Part shown: one piece after another, positions 26,546-41,429 of the stretch
How the letters are laid out: each line of letters starts with the position of its first letter
How positions within the stretch are numbered: the stretch's first letter is position 1
Origin: Bugula neritina
Taxonomy: Eukaryota; Animalia; Bryozoa
NCBI GenBank assembly: GCA_964035545.1
Contig: OZ037772.1
Location: 3,625,538-3,689,537 of the forward strand
Length of the DNA: 64,000 nucleotides
Reading direction: 5' to 3'
Program-made: the position numbers and the translations under genes
The notes under the pieces: model-generated
Databases searched by the model: none
The model's input: the letters and a program-made list of their open reading frames with translations, nothing else
What the model was told of the DNA's origin: nothing

Positions 26546-29500
26546 AGGCCGTAAGCATCCAGGTTATTTATTACATTTGAGCAAAAGTTTGCATGCTTTT
26601 CAACTGTTTTATCAGCATTTTATCCAATTTCTTATACGAAAACACTACAAAAATGCAAGTAAAAGTGGTCATATTAGGTGTCTTAGACTTGCCCAGACTT
26701 GCCCGCGAGCTTGCCCTCCGTGTCCTATTCTGACGTGGGGATGGCAAAATAGCCCTATTGTAGCGTGAGTTTATATCGCGTAAAGTTATTAAGAAGCGGG
26801 TTTGTCACAGATTCTCGTTATTCGTAGCTCAAATCACATGAATGTTACTCTTCGGGCGGCTACTAATAACTAACGTTAGCTACGCAACATCAAGAAAGGT
26901 AACTAATTTGACTGTTTTCAAATGGACTATTCCATTTCGCTAGTTTGTAACTTGCTGTAAATCACAAAATAATTATTTTTCCTATTTTAATTTCAATTAT
27001 TATGTCGACCACACTACCAGAAAATTACTCTTAAATATGCAGTAAATGATGATTTTCAACCGTTTTGTGATGAACTATAGGTTAGTAGTTGTCTACGTAA
27101 AACCAAGTTTTAAAATTTGTAATTGAATCAGTGAATCACAGTATCACTATGACTATCAGTATGAGTATCACTAGTCTATGTCTATGACTCTCACTCTAAG
27201 TCTATGACTATCGCCTATTAGTATTGGTGAACTATTATTAATAATATTCAATGATTATATTTATTAATACCATTATTAGTCATAATGATAATCATATGAC
27301 AGTATCAGTATGTTAATGTTACGGAGCAGGATCAGTTTCGAAACTAATACAGTAATAGTAATACTTGTAATATTAGTTATAACTATAAGTATAAGTTATA
27401 CCGATAGCTATATTAACATAAATATTTATATTCATAGTAATACTAATAGCAAATCTAATATTATTATGTTAATAGTTATACTTGTAAGTTATAATATAAA
27501 GCAAACGACACAAGTATTAATTTGAACTGTTGGTCTTAAAATAAAAAGTAAAATAAATATAAATAATAAAATATAAATTATAATAATTTAATTATACTAA
27601 TACTAATAGTAATAGCAATACTTATACAGTAATATAATTATAATAAATTTATAAAACTTAAACAACTTTAGATTTAAGGAACAACTTTAAATACAAACAT
27701 AAAGATAATATTAAATAATTATAATCATAATGATCATAACAATAAATATAATTATGATTCCAATAATTATCAATATATTATATAATATTTAAATTATTTT
27801 AATTTATAATTATAATCATAATTTTTTTAGTTATAGTGAATAAATTCAATTTGACATAAAAACTATAATATTATAAAGCAGTCAGTCTATCTCTAATGCT
27901 GATTGATATTCAAATTGTTATGACTGTATCATCATTCACTAACTCTAAGAGTAAGTGACTACAATTATTAGTATCAATGTTGTGTTAGAGTACTATACCC
28001 ATTGGAATTTTGATATATCCATTATATTTACAACTCTGCCTGTTACAGCTATAAATAAATTGAACCAAAATACCAACAGTGCCTAATCATCGCCTTATTT
28101 ATAAAATAATCACAATCATAATGCTCAAGTTAATAGATTGGAAATTATTGAAAATTATGTTGATGCCAATATAAATATGACATTGTATGCATCCAAGTAG
28201 TGATGTTGTAATATATCTTGGAAGATAATTACATTATAATAAGAGTTAAATTCCTCTAAGTAACTTTTTTTGCAATTATTCCTTAGAATAACTATAACTT
28301 ATACTCCTAACATTAGTTTTAGATTGAGCTACTAATTGTATTTATTGCATGTGAAGGTTAGTTATTCTCCATCAGCTGCATGAATGCGACTGGTAAATTT
28401 TGTAACCTTTGGCAGTAATAACTTTGTAGCATAAATTAGACACATTTTATAAAAATACATAATTTTAATGCTATAGCTGCTAGTAACTCTAATGGGTGTA
28501 ATAATATTACTTTCACCAGCATTAATTTTTACTTTGTTCATACTTCATAAAGCATTTTCTAAATTCTTTTTTGAATAAATTTCTACAATACATATAATGT
28601 GCTGAATAAATTACATATGTTGGGGTTCTTCCTATACTGCAGCTCAGCCTACACTCCCCGCCACAAATGTTCCTAAACTACTAGCTTCATCAGGATGCAG
28701 ATTGATGGAGCTGTATTGATAAAAACTTCTCTTTTTAGCAGTAGAGGCATCATGAAAAAAAAGGTAAGTATTTTACTCGATAAGAATGCGGGTTTTTTAC
28801 TTCTACAAATTTGATAGCCTACACTATTCTATTTAAATGGAGACTGGTCTGACATAATGTGTCTGCAATTTATTAGTTATAATATAGTAAATACTATGCT
28901 GGCCTATAGATCAAATGGCTCAAAAAAAATTAAATAAAACATTACACAACACTGTATTTATTAGCAATGTGATACTTAGCAACTAATTTCACATTATTAT
29001 TGTTTGCAAAGTTTTATATATCTACATATGTTTGTTCAATTCAGTGTTCTGAAGTAGAAGGTTCCAACAGCAGGGAAAAGCCTTGAACAAGATATTATGT
29101 TCTACATCTCCAACTCATTTTAACTTTGCTGGTCAGTTCATTGTGTATCTGGAGCATAGTTTTGTATTTTCAAGTAGTCCATCAGATACCTTTGTAGGTA
29201 GTAAAGATTAAAATGTTTGTGCAATGATGTCCATAATGTTGAACTGATTTATTGAAACTAAAACTGTTCTTAATTATAACAAAACTTGACAATCTTTACA
29301 TAAAGAATAATGTCCTATAATCTATCTTCATTGTAAACAAAATTAGAAAGTTCCACATCAGCAAATTGTTTATCATCATCTGTAGGTGGAAGAAGCTTGC
29401 ACTCAGTTATAAAGGCAAGCTGACGGTGGTTTTCTTTGCCTTCTATGAAGATTTGGAAAGAGCCAGAAAATTAATACTCTAGAACTGCAAAATCATGTTG

Positions 29501-31838
29501 TAGTGTCTTGTGTTATTGATTGAATCATCTAAAAGAAAAATTGTTGTATCATTATAATTTTACTGTTAATGAATTAGCAAATCTACTTATCTTGGTAAAT
29601 ATATTCAAGAACAAATACTATAGTGTAACTCAGTTTTGGTTATGTGTATGCTCCTTAAGCGAATTTACAGCAGATATCAAACTATATATTAGAGACTGAT
29701 ATAGGAATTAAATTTAAGCTAACCATGATGATGTAAATAGCTGCTGAATGTGACTTCGAGAACTCTGCTGGCCATGTCAGTTCAAATACACCAGGGTGAT
29801 ATGTTACGAATGTCATGTCATTATTGAAATTCAGCTTTTTTAAGTGCCTCTTCACAACTCTGGCAGCATTCTGACTGCTCCTTAGCTTTCTGCGTCTGAA
29901 ATTTCTTCTACTTGCACCATTCTTCTATTGGTGGAATGTTAGCCTATAACAAACAGGTGTACCAAAGCTAAAAAATATCTAATTCACTGCACTAGGATAT
30001 TATTCAACTCATTTAAATTTAATATATAGCAGTAAAACAATCACATACTTGTATTTATTTTATCAGCTTTACTTTACAAAGCTGAACCATATGATTTAGT
30101 AACTTGTCACCATAATAAACATTGTACAACATACAAATTGAAAACCTGATGTGATTGCTTTTTTAATAGAATATACATTACAAACATGTTACTTTGATAA
30201 GCGTGTTCATAATAAAAGTATTAAACCAGTTTGAAAAAAATTATTTTGTTATGTAAGGGATCACAAAACTACATCATTTTAGACCTGTAGCTCGATGTTC
30301 TTCAAGCAATGGGCTGCTATGACTAATTAATTTTCTATCATTGCATTTGATTGTTCTACTCATAGTGTATTGGCGAGTTAAAATTATTGGTAATTTAATG
30401 TATATTTTAGCTACCTCTGTACAATCAATGTCATAGTAATATCAATTAGGTTTTAAATTTCACTGAGTTTATAGTAAATTATTGCAACTGTTACATAACA
30501 TTTGGCTAGTTCTCTAGTTCATTAAATAACCATACGAACTTAATTTTATAACATGACAAAACACACAAAGCAAAATTAAAATGAGCATATTATGAACCAA
30601 TGTAATTGATAAGTGATAATGCTGTTGTAAAACATAAATTATCAAATTTAAATAGTTATTATTACTATTAGTATTACTATCATTATAACAACTATAATCA
30701 TTATTACTATTAGTATTAGCATTAGTAGTAAAATATTAATATGAGTAGAGTTCAACATATACAATCTAGCGTACTATAAAAGTAGAAGTAGAACTTCTAA
30801 AACTATCATCTGCATCATTAACAGAACTATGAGTAATACTAGTAGTTGTACTAATAGTAATACTAATTATTAATACTAATAGACAATAGTAATAGTATCA
30901 CTATGAGTATGAGACTTGGGCTGGCAGTGATTATCACTATGATAGTGACTATCAGCATCGTCATAGTCAAAAGTTACAAGAATTAGAAGCCATATTCATA
31001 TTGATATTCTCATTGAGTTATGCATAGTCATATTCATAGTATTAGTCAATCACTGATTGAGTTAATGTCATAGTGATACTCATACTCATAATTAATTTAT
31101 ACGATTACGACACTCATAGTGATAGTCATAGTCATAGTGATACTTCTTCGTGAATTTAATAATAATTTAATATTATTAATATTATCATTGTTGCTAATAT
31201 TATGTCTTACTCTTAGTCTAACAGCAGCTCTATGAAGAAGTTAAACATAACTGATAAAACAAATTTAAAAAATAATACTGCAACAATCAATATAATGTAT
31301 ATCAATATGCTAGCAACCTAATTTTCAGCTCACTTCATTAACTTTCCGTGCAGTATTGTGATAAAATAAATTTATTAATGGTGACCTTGACATCTTCGTC
31401 TAAATGCCTTTCACATCAAGCCCCGAACCAATTTGTAAAAATTTTGGATTTTTTACTTTTAAATATTTTTTACGAAAAGAGCTTCAAAATAAATTTAAAA
31501 AAAAGTGAGCTGTTGTCCACATGAAAGGAAATATATGAGCCAATTTTCTAAATTCTGCAAGTTACCAGAGGGTCACAATATTTTTTTTTAAAAATCTTTA
31601 TTTTCACGACAAGCTCTATATATTAATATAGAAAAAAAGAAGACAACTCTTCTTTCAGATTTTTCATGCGCCACGGTCACGTCAATATCAGTGCTATTAA
31701 CACATATATTTTAATTCATTTTTTCTGGTATATTGAGTTGAGATTTTTTTTATATATTTTGTAAATGTAACTAAAAAAGTATGATCTTTCAATTAACAGT
31801 AATTGATTTTATCAAAATAACCTGGATGCCTACGATGT
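26546..31838. mobile_element. ~5.3-kb TIR DNA element, unit 2 of the dimer
   Basis: Direct repeat of 21458-26541 with an extra ~180 bp at ~27922-28100. Starts AGGCCGTAAGCATCCAGGTTATTT and ends AAATAACCTGGATGCCTACGATGT|TTAA. Confidence 0.72.
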
Positions 31839-31840
31839 TT

Positions 31841-32043
31841 AACAAACTGCTTGAAATTTTCAAAATCGAAATCCAGGCTCCCCCTACGAAGCCCAAAATT
31901 CCCTCTTATAGGGGGATTCTCCCAAGTTGGGAACCACTGTGTTGAATTGACTTGTGTTTACTATCTTCTTTCCTGTGATTAGAAATATGTATGATGTTGT
32001 CATGACAACAGAGTTGCTGTAGCACAAAGTACAGTTTACTAGT
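31841..32043 (+). repeat. Homologue of the post-RING intron of TRIM C (63799-64000)
   Basis: AACAAACTGCTTGAAATTTT...GTTGGGAACCACTGTGTTGAATTGACTTGTG...CACAAAGTACAGTTTACTAGT matches 63799-64000, including ~100 bp of flank beyond the MITE end. Confidence 0.88.
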
Positions 32044-33280
32044 ATGTAGTGATTGTGTAGTGAGAGTGGAGTGTCTGGTTATTGTCCATGGTTATGTGTA
32101 ATCTGTAAGGAGTAGAATTATATTATTTTAATATAATGTTGAGAGAGGTACTTTTATAATGGCAGTTTGCTCAATAGCTTTAGTTCTAATGCGATAGACT
32201 CATAGCTCTGGAGTCTAGCAGCTGCTACTATTACCAGTAGCTGTTCAACATCCGGGCTGCCAAAGTGTACTAGCCATTGACAAGGCCAAGCAGTCACTGG
32301 GAAATTATTTGACTAAAGAGCAGGTCTTATGACAATTAGTAGTCAGTCCCTTAGACAGGAATCAGTAATTCTGTGACCTATTTAGTTAAATCCAATGCTG
32401 ACCTTTTGATTGATTATTAGATAGCCATCACAATTTTATTTGGTACAATATAATATTATGGGGTGTCAATCAGTGTCTAATATAGTCTGTGAATTGAGTG
32501 TCTACTTTAGTTGGTTACTTCTTCTACCATCAGTCAGTTGTATTAAGTGTTACTCTGTATTGAGTCATGAATAGTTTGAGGATTTGGGCCTATATTATGC
32601 CACCCCCCTCTCTGACTTAGACTGAGACCCAACCTGCTGCACATACATAGCAGTACTACACTGAAGATAGTTAACATGTGTATGTGTCATCCTACTAGTA
32701 ATGAATTACTAAGTACAGCTTATCCTACGACTCCCTCTTTTTACGCTAGCTGCACGAGATAGGCAACTCACACGTGACACGCACTCACAGTGCACTAGCT
32801 CTTGACACATTGCCAAGGATGATGAAATGACAGTTTCGCGCCACTCCTAGCAGTTAGAGTGGCAGGGAATAGTTGTAGTATGTTGTAGTATTGGCTCCTC
32901 AGAATTCACCCCTCAGTAATTAGTTGCATTGCACAAATTTGCAACAGTAGTGAATAATTATTGACAATGTGGCCTCCACTCAGTAGTTAACTAGTAATTT
33001 GTCTTGTCATTTTACAATACAAGTTACAGTTGAGTCTATTTGTTGAGTAGCAGTTCTTTGTCATGAGTGACTATTTTCCAGCATATTAAGTACATAATAT
33101 AGTCAAGTGTGTTTGTGTGATAGCCTGTGGTCTATATAATGAATGTGTGTTGATGGGTGGTGAGTATTTATTTGAGTATTTGTCAAAGACATAGCCATGT
33201 GTGTGGATGGAGTATTTCATTACTTGAGATATACTAAACACAGCTAACACATGTAACATATTGATTGCTATATGTTGTAG

Positions 33281-36200
33281 GAAAGATCACTATGACATCA
33301 CAGATCCCACAACACTACCAGTAGCTCAGCATGGAGACCCCTTAGAATACAAGTCTCCACCCAAACCTGCACCCATTCCCTGCGATGTGTGTAAAGGTGG
33401 AGCAGAAGCTGCTGTGTTCTGTCTTGACAGTCAAAAAAAGTTGTGTCAGCAGCATCAAGAAGTGAGTCTTTCTTATGTCATTTCTCAAGATTAGTTACTA
33501 AACCAATTCTGGTTTGTATGTAGAATATCATTGAAAAGAAATGTTGAGTCTGTGTGACTTTTTATACTAAACACACAGTTTCACAGTGCAGTGAGTCAAC
33601 TATGACAGACTTGTTGGTGAAAATACAACCAACTAAACTGTTGACCTTTATTATACAGACTCACAGAGAGCTGATGGGAGATAGACATCAGTTTATTGAC
33701 ATTGAGGTCTACAGAGCTTCTCCCCAAAGATATACTATAGCTGAATGTGAACATCATAAACAGGAACAGCTGACAGAAGTGTGTTCCAAGTGTCACCAGA
33801 TATTCTGTATGAGATGTGATATGAGGACTGGCTGTAAGGATAAGACAGGTATTTACTTGCTGTTTCTATTTCTGTAGAGAGAAACTGAGAAATGTTACAA
33901 GAACCTGTTATTTATTATTTACTATTAAAGTGAGTTATGTAACAGTATCAGAGGAAGTAAGTTTGTCAGCATTAAGGTTTGTGTGAGACAGAAGTGGATA
34001 GTGCAGGAGTTTATATTCTCACTGTTATGTTGAATATTTAGTATATTTCATCCTTCAAGTGTCTGTTTCCTTGATAAGATGGTATAGGCATAGCTTTAAC
34101 TCAGTGGTGTCCCACCTTCTTCATACCATCCCCCTTTTTATAAATGTTTTCTCTTAAGTTGCCCCCCTTTTGAGAAACACTGTAACTATTCATAAAGAAA
34201 ATCAGGGTACAGATTTTTTTCAGAAAAGGCCAGTGTGTTTGACATGGACCAGTGTCTGCCACAACTTCAGTTTAGCTTTGAAAGCATTGATGCTGGTATT
34301 AAAAGCAGTGAGTTGATAATTATACTCATTCATTTTAGCTTCAGGTGTTTTAGTACAGCAAATATATCTACTAGATATGCAGTAAATAGTTTATGGAGAT
34401 CAGTTTGACTGACTGCAAAAACTTGCTGTTGGTTTTCACTTTCAATAAACCTTTCAGCCTCCATTCGTAGTAGGAGGGGTAGCAGCTAGAGTAGAGTGAA
34501 TATTAGACACATGGATGTAGAAGTAAACTTAGATTGTAGAGTGTAATGTGGATAAATAAATGAACTACATAAACTGAAGGAGTTATAATTATACATATTC
34601 ATGTAACCTGGAACACAAGGCAAGAGCTCAAAAAGCTGGTAACAAACTCTGTGAAATTTTAGAAATGAAAACCCCTAAAAAACTCAAATTTCCTGTGAAG
34701 GGGAAATTCCCCAAGGTTGAGAGCAACTGCTTTAATTTTTTCAACTATTTCATTCCAAGTGCAGTGAATATAAATGACATCTTTCTAGTCCAAGTCCAAC
34801 TGTCTAGTTATTACATAGTATGTGTGTAGTGATACATCACCAACCTGTAGGTACAGGTAGTAGGTGTAAAAGTACAATATCATATCTAAAAATGCTTTTA
34901 TGAATAGTGTGATTTTATGTATACAGAGGAGACAGTAGCATCCCATGACTTGGCATCTTTGAGTGATTTGTCTTGTGAGTTACGAGAAAGTCTGACTGGT
35001 GGAATAGAGACTCTGTCTGAGAAAGTTGCAAAGTTGAATGACATCTCAAAGGATGCCTGGAAAGAACTGAGTAAAATAGAAGATGAAGTGAAGAAGATGG
35101 TTGCCAGAGTAAACGCTGTAGCTGACGCTCAGGTATGCTGACATGGTGATGCCATGTAGTATTATTTCTGTTTGTCTGAAATTGGAATTTGCATTTGGTC
35201 TTTGAGTTGTAATCAGAAATGAATTTCATTTGCCACTAGAATTAACTGGCCATTAAAGTATTATCATTCTGTGTACAAGTAGCAGTAGTCATTCATCACA
35301 TGTTACTCAGTGCAGAGGAACCTGTCAATACAGATGACTCACTCATCCTTCTGCAACTGTCAATCACTCACACAGAGAGAGGTTGGCTGAGTGAGTGATT
35401 GACAGGTGTCAGGAGGAGGAGACTAGTCACGTGATGTACTAGCTCTCTGCTGTGTATAGAGTGTCACGTGACTGAGTCATTGTCCACTCAGTGGGTGATC
35501 TGTCACTTTCATTTCCAGTGCAGAGGTTGTGAGGTGCAGATGTGGTTACACTGTGTTACTATTTATTAGATAGAAAAGATTAGAAAGAGAGCTACAAACC
35601 TGAGGCTAGAAATATATGGATATTTGAAGAGCTGCACACAGATAGTGGATAATTATAGAATAGAGCTGGCCTTGAGTAAGACAATGGGCAGACAGTCTCT
35701 GCTGGACACAGTACAACATGCAGTTGATAAGTTCAATGATGCAGGGATTGTGAGAGACTACAAAGAGATGAGTGAGAAGGTGGAAAAGGCTACAGATATT
35801 GGTGTAATAGAGAAGTGTGTACTTCCAGACAGCATCTTGGTACCAACATGTAGGTGGAGTCTATAAATAGTAACACTAACTATAAATAACTTTCTGCTTG
35901 TAATCAGTTGAGTTGTTTTCACTGAATATTTAAATAGTAGAGTAAGTAGATAGAGTTTATTTATTAGAGAATTGAGTTTTGTTCTACTCTCACATTATGA
36001 GACATTTCTGCAGTGTTTCAGAGTTTATGATGTGTAAGTGAGCTGCTAAACTGTGTTATGCTGACTACCTGCTGTCAGTATTAACAAGATATTCTCACTT
36101 AGACCTGTGCATCACGTAGCAACTTGTAGTAACTACAGACTGCTTGTATTTAAAACATCTTTTCATTTTAAGTTTGAAAAGCTGTCCCACCTCCTCAGGT

Positions 36201-38077
36201 CATGAGATTCTCAAGTTATAGAATTGTTATTTTGTTGTTGCAGACAGTGAAAACAGTCTGGGACTGAAGCTGCTGCAGCCACCATCTTCTCTACAGTCTG
36301 ATGGACTTCCTGTACGTGACTCGTGTTACACAGTAAACATCTCAGCTGATGGACATGTGATGTGTGGGACACGACGAGGTGTAGAAGTAATAAATAGAGA
36401 CACTCTGGATACTATCAGCTCAGTGAAACACACCAACACTACAGGGTGGGGGGGGATAATCCAACCTGAAGGGGTGATGGTTGGCAGCTCGTATAACAGA
36501 GAGGAGAAAACAGTTGAATTCTCACTTCTTGATCCGAACTCCTTTGAGAAGACTCGCTCCCTCTACAAGCAGTTAGTAGATGTACCCTACACTTACTATA
36601 GAATAGCTCAGCACGACTCACTGCTCTGTATTGTAGACAGGAGAGAGAAACAGCTGGTAGTCTGTAACCTAGTTGACAATAAAATACAGAAGTTCCCTCT
36701 TCCTGAGATGAAGATCCCTCGACCTGTATGCATCCTCCCAGACTCAACTCTCCTCATAGGAGACTCTACTGCAGATGGTAAAGTGAGAAGATATAAAGTG
36801 GAGAACACAACTCTCTCTCTAATGTGGGAGTTTCCTCACATCTCATATCCATCTGGTATTTCCTTTGATCCAACATCTGAACTGATTCACATCTGTACAG
36901 AGAGAGGACCTCTCCTCATCCTCTCACTTGAAGGTAAATACTCTGTCTATTATAGTAAGTTTAGTTACTTTATATATAATTATGTTGCAGTAAATAATAT
37001 ATTTTAATAATTAACAGTAAGCAACTTCCACTCATAAGATATATTATGATATTGTTAGTATTTATCAAGTCACTGATGTTATTTTTAGCTAAAAGTTATG
37101 CAATAAAGACTGTAACATGCTGATAGTAGATGTTATATTCTTCATCACATGACTTGTAGCTAATAATAATATTAGTGAATAATACTGCCTCCCTGCAATA
37201 ATTTTTTTTCCAGCTGCAGTAACATGCAGGATGTAAGCACAGGTAAAAGTGTATATTATATTGTATAGGTTTAAGGTGTACTCTGTGTAGTGTGCAGTGA
37301 GCTCTTAGTAAACTCTCTATTCAGTCCTCCTTTCCAAGGGTTCACCTGGTAGTGTAGAGGATAGGGACTCCACACTGCTGAGTGAGTTGGTGCTGCAAGG
37401 GGTTCAAACCCACCTATCAGCATGTCTAGTTAGTATACTATGCAAGTGTTTTACACTAATTTTAGAGGTGCTCAGTCTAACAACTGTACAGACTGCCAGC
37501 TACACATGAGTTATGAGTTGTAGTTTGACTTCAGTCTAGTGCTGCTATTGTTTTGGTCATCAGATAATTTAAATATAAATAATTTGATACTTTTTGAGTG
37601 CCATTACTGAGACTATTGTAATTTGATGATGGCTGGTAGACAGTGTTTGTTGGTGGGACTCAGGTGGCTGTGCTTGGTTCTTGTCGAGTATTTAATATGT
37701 GATAATGTTGGAGTAGCTGCAGTAGTATAGTATTAGAAGTAGACATGTGGGTGTGTCCTTGCTCAGAGCCACAGGCTAAGTTTGTGGGTCAAGGTCAATA
37801 TTGTTGTATAAGGAGGCACTATTTTCTGCTCTATTTGAGTATTTACTTAATGCATATAACCTGCTTAGTTCCATCTTTGAAGGCAGTCTGTCTGTTTCTC
37901 TCAATACACACCAACTGATACAATATGATGCTATTATTTACAGGTCAACTGGTGCTTACTGTTCCCAGAGAAAGTCTTGGTGTGAGTGCCGAGGTGTGGG
38001 ACATCGCTGTGTATAACAGAGACACAGTGTTTCTAGCAGGTAGAGATGGACTGAGAAGATACACAATAAAATACTAA
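33281..38077 (+). CDS. TRIM-family paralogue B (B-box1, B-box2, coiled coil, NHL-like propeller); frame intact but RING exon/ATG missing, so possibly a 5'-truncated pseudogene
   Basis: Exons 33281-33461, 33659-33848, 34927-35132, 35570-35849, 36244-36933, 37944-38077. All are GT-AG with consistent phases and no stops. No RING exon is visible between 7050 and 33281. Confidence 0.85.
34102..34729 (+). mobile_element. hAT MITE, same insertion as 3088-3702
   Basis: CAGTGGTGTCCCACCTT...AAGGTTGAGAGCAACTG; flanks CTTTAACT / CTTTAATT. Confidence 0.78.
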
Positions 38078-41000
38078 ACTTATCAGCTACAGTTAACTAA
38101 TAATCAGCTCAGTGAGGTCCTGAGAGATAAACTAGATAATATTTGTCATCAACATAGTTGGATTCATTACAATTCATCATTACACACACTCTGTATTTAT
38201 AGTTAGATATGAGATGTTTTACTGTATCAAATATATGTTGCCATTTTACTATCTAATAAAGTTTATTTGCTAGCGAAAATATAGTCTGTTTTCATGCCTC
38301 TTTAGCTTTAGTTCAATTTGAGTTCGGTTACTAAAAATAATCTTTACTGGAGCAGTAACTGTAAATGACTTGTCTGCAGGAGAATTTATTCACTGAATTG
38401 ACATGCAGGTGCAAGTAACTCCAACATGCCTAAGCAAATTTATTCCAACCATTCATAATAATATACATTCTACTGCTCTGTATACAACAGCATTGAGTAG
38501 CCAATCAAATTGTTTCTTGTCATGCAATCAGGAATCTGATAAATAATATATAAGGCAATCAACTAGATATAAACACTGTATTACTCTACACATGAGCTGT
38601 CTGTGATGCAGCTGCTTTGTGAAATGTGTGTAATTTGATGAGTTTAGTTCAATTGGTTTCAGTTTAATTATGACATGTTCACCATCATGTAATATTAGAG
38701 GACAACTCCTCTCCAGTGTGCAGTGGTAGTAAGTATACTATTAGTTAAAGGGAGTGCTCAGTATAATATAAATAGCTGACCTCTCCTACACCAACACTCC
38801 TGAACACCAGCTAGACGACAAGAACTCTTGAACACCACTCAGGTTAAGGGACTCCACCCACCCAGGCACCCCTGAACACCATCCAAGGCAGACGTGTTCT
38901 GGATCACAGTCTTAACTCCTCACAGACTAAGACAGGAGCTGGAGTCATCCTCACAGCCAAGCAACCCATGCCAATATACCAACCCTAGCTGACCTGAATA
39001 CTACAACTTATATATAGTATTCGGAATAACTCCAAAGTAGCATATTTCTGTTAAAATAACATTTATAATAAACAGATAAATTATATATTTACTGATTCAA
39101 TCACTATTTGAGTTTTCAAATTAAACTTCAATAAGAGACATCAGCAAGTAATAATCATATGTTATGTAATAATACATGCAACAAAAAGGCATCACTCTAA
39201 AATTTAACAAAATGTATTAGCAGTTATCTATACTGAGATTATAATGTAATACTAATGTTGTAAAAAGTATTAAACTATCAACCCCTCTCTCATATTATTT
39301 AACCTTTGACCTACAAACAATAATTTCTTGTTGCTATACTGTCTGTTGTCTAGTTGGCTCATAGAAACAGTTCCAATCTAACAATGTAGTGTTGATACAA
39401 ATCAGAGAATATAAGCTCAACAATAAAACAGAAAGAAATAATTATCCTCAATATCCTAAGGAATATTCCAGAGTACACTGCAGGCTGAGCTAAGATATTT
39501 TACAACTACATGCAGTTGACATATCTACATGAATTGTGGACCATTTTGGTGTTTCTGTGTGCACAGACAAGTTGCAATGACTCCAACAGAATTTTTTTTA
39601 GTAGGTTTCAGTTCATCTTGAATATATTACAGCTTGTTGTCTTTTGGCCTCAATATTATTGATGATACATTACCTTGTTTGGCCTCAATAGTATTGATGG
39701 TAGACTACCTTGTTTGGCCTCAATAGTATTGATGATACACTACCTTGTTTGGCCTCAACAGTATTAATGGTACACTACCTTGTTTGGCCTCATTAGCCTT
39801 GCTAATATAAAATTAAGAGCACAACTTGCAAGATTTAACTAATTTAACTTGGTTCATATTATGATGTTAATATGTTGACATTTATAACCTCTGATATATT
39901 TCTATGTTTATAACCTATCAATATGCTCTGATCTACAGTCTTGATTGCCATTCAAGGTGTTGCTCACTGCTGGTCAACCCCATTAACCCCCAACTTACTG
40001 TCTACATAGAAAACTGTCTGCTCTCCCTCCATGGTACATAGCTCATACAATGTGTATAATTATTTGCTTTTGCACATTCATTACATAAAATACCAGCCAT
40101 TGTGCTAAAGGTAGAGTTTTGTTGTAGTCTCACATATTGGAACATGGCCTTAAGATTTGTAGTTTCTGAGGCTTTTATTAAGCTAATGCAGGAGAAAATT
40201 GCTAAGAATTTACTGCAGTGAATCTTTTTATACACATTACTTATGAAATGCATATCTGTGGAATACTTGATCTACTCTGTATCATGTAAACTAACTTACA
40301 CACAAGTTACATACAGCTACTACTTGATAAGGAAGTAATAGACTTACACTAACAGAGTTATTGACATGAAAAAGCAAATAATATTTAATTTGTGATGACT
40401 AAGTAAGTGGATGAGTCATAAACCAGTCAAAAATTAATTTCTACAAACAAACTTTATTGAGTGAATGTGACTACAGAGTCTTGACAACATAGCAGAGTAA
40501 ATATGTTACATAATCATTACTATCAACATCAAATACTGCATATAAACAGTGCAAGTTCTGTGGAATATATAATATTATACTGTGAGTAGAATACAATATA
40601 TTATATTTGACATGTACTATGGGTGTGCATTGATGACTTCACTGAGCTAATTATTAGTAGACTGTAGCTGATAAGTTTAGTATTTTATTGTGTATCTCCT
40701 CAGTCCATCTCCACATGCTAGAAACACTGTGTCTCTGTTATACACAGCAATGTCCCCCACCAAGTCACTAACACCAAGACTTTCTCTGGGAATTGTTACT
40801 ATCAGTTCACCTTTAAAAAATATAATGTCAGATTGAATCAGTTTGAGACAAACAGACAGACTACAGTGACATCACAACAGCTGACACCACTACAAGCAGG
40901 TTTATACTTTCTAGTATAATATAGTAACTGAAATATGTTCGATAATAATACAATAAATTTCAAATATATTTCTCACTCAGAAAGACTTCCTTTAAAGATG

Positions 41001-41428
41001 CAACTAAGCAGATTATGTTGAAGATAATAAAGTTCTACCAGTCAGTATTGAATAATTCACTGAGCTGCTCTACTGTTTACTTCATAGTAAATGACAACAT
41101 GGAGAGACTCAACATAGAAATTTACCCCCTCAGCAAATATGATTATACAGGAGAGAAGATATATAATATAAGTATTACATACATGAATTAAATATTCCAA
41201 CATAAAATAGTGTCTCATTATACAACTGTATTGACCTTGACCCACAAACTTAGCCTGTGGCTCTTATATAGAACACACCCACATGTCTACTTCTAATAAT
41301 ACTGCTACTGCAGCTACTCCAACATCATCACATATTAAATACTTAACAAGAACCAACCACGGCCACCTGAGTTCAACCAGCAAACACTGCTCTACCAGCC
41401 ATCATCAAATTACAATAGCCTCAGCAAT
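37603..41428. repeat. Large inverted repeat: TRIM B last intron/exon (37603-38119) versus inverted copy (40635-41428)
   Basis: Same architecture as 6587-10392. Confidence 0.92.
40677..40810 (-). pseudogene. Orphan inverted copy of the TRIM terminal exon (B-minus)
   Basis: GELIVTIPRESLGVSDLVGDIAVYNRDTVFLACGDGLRRYTIKY*; acceptor, frame, stop and minus-strand AATAAA (~40453-40458) are intact. Confidence 0.85.
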
Positions 41429-41429
41429 A

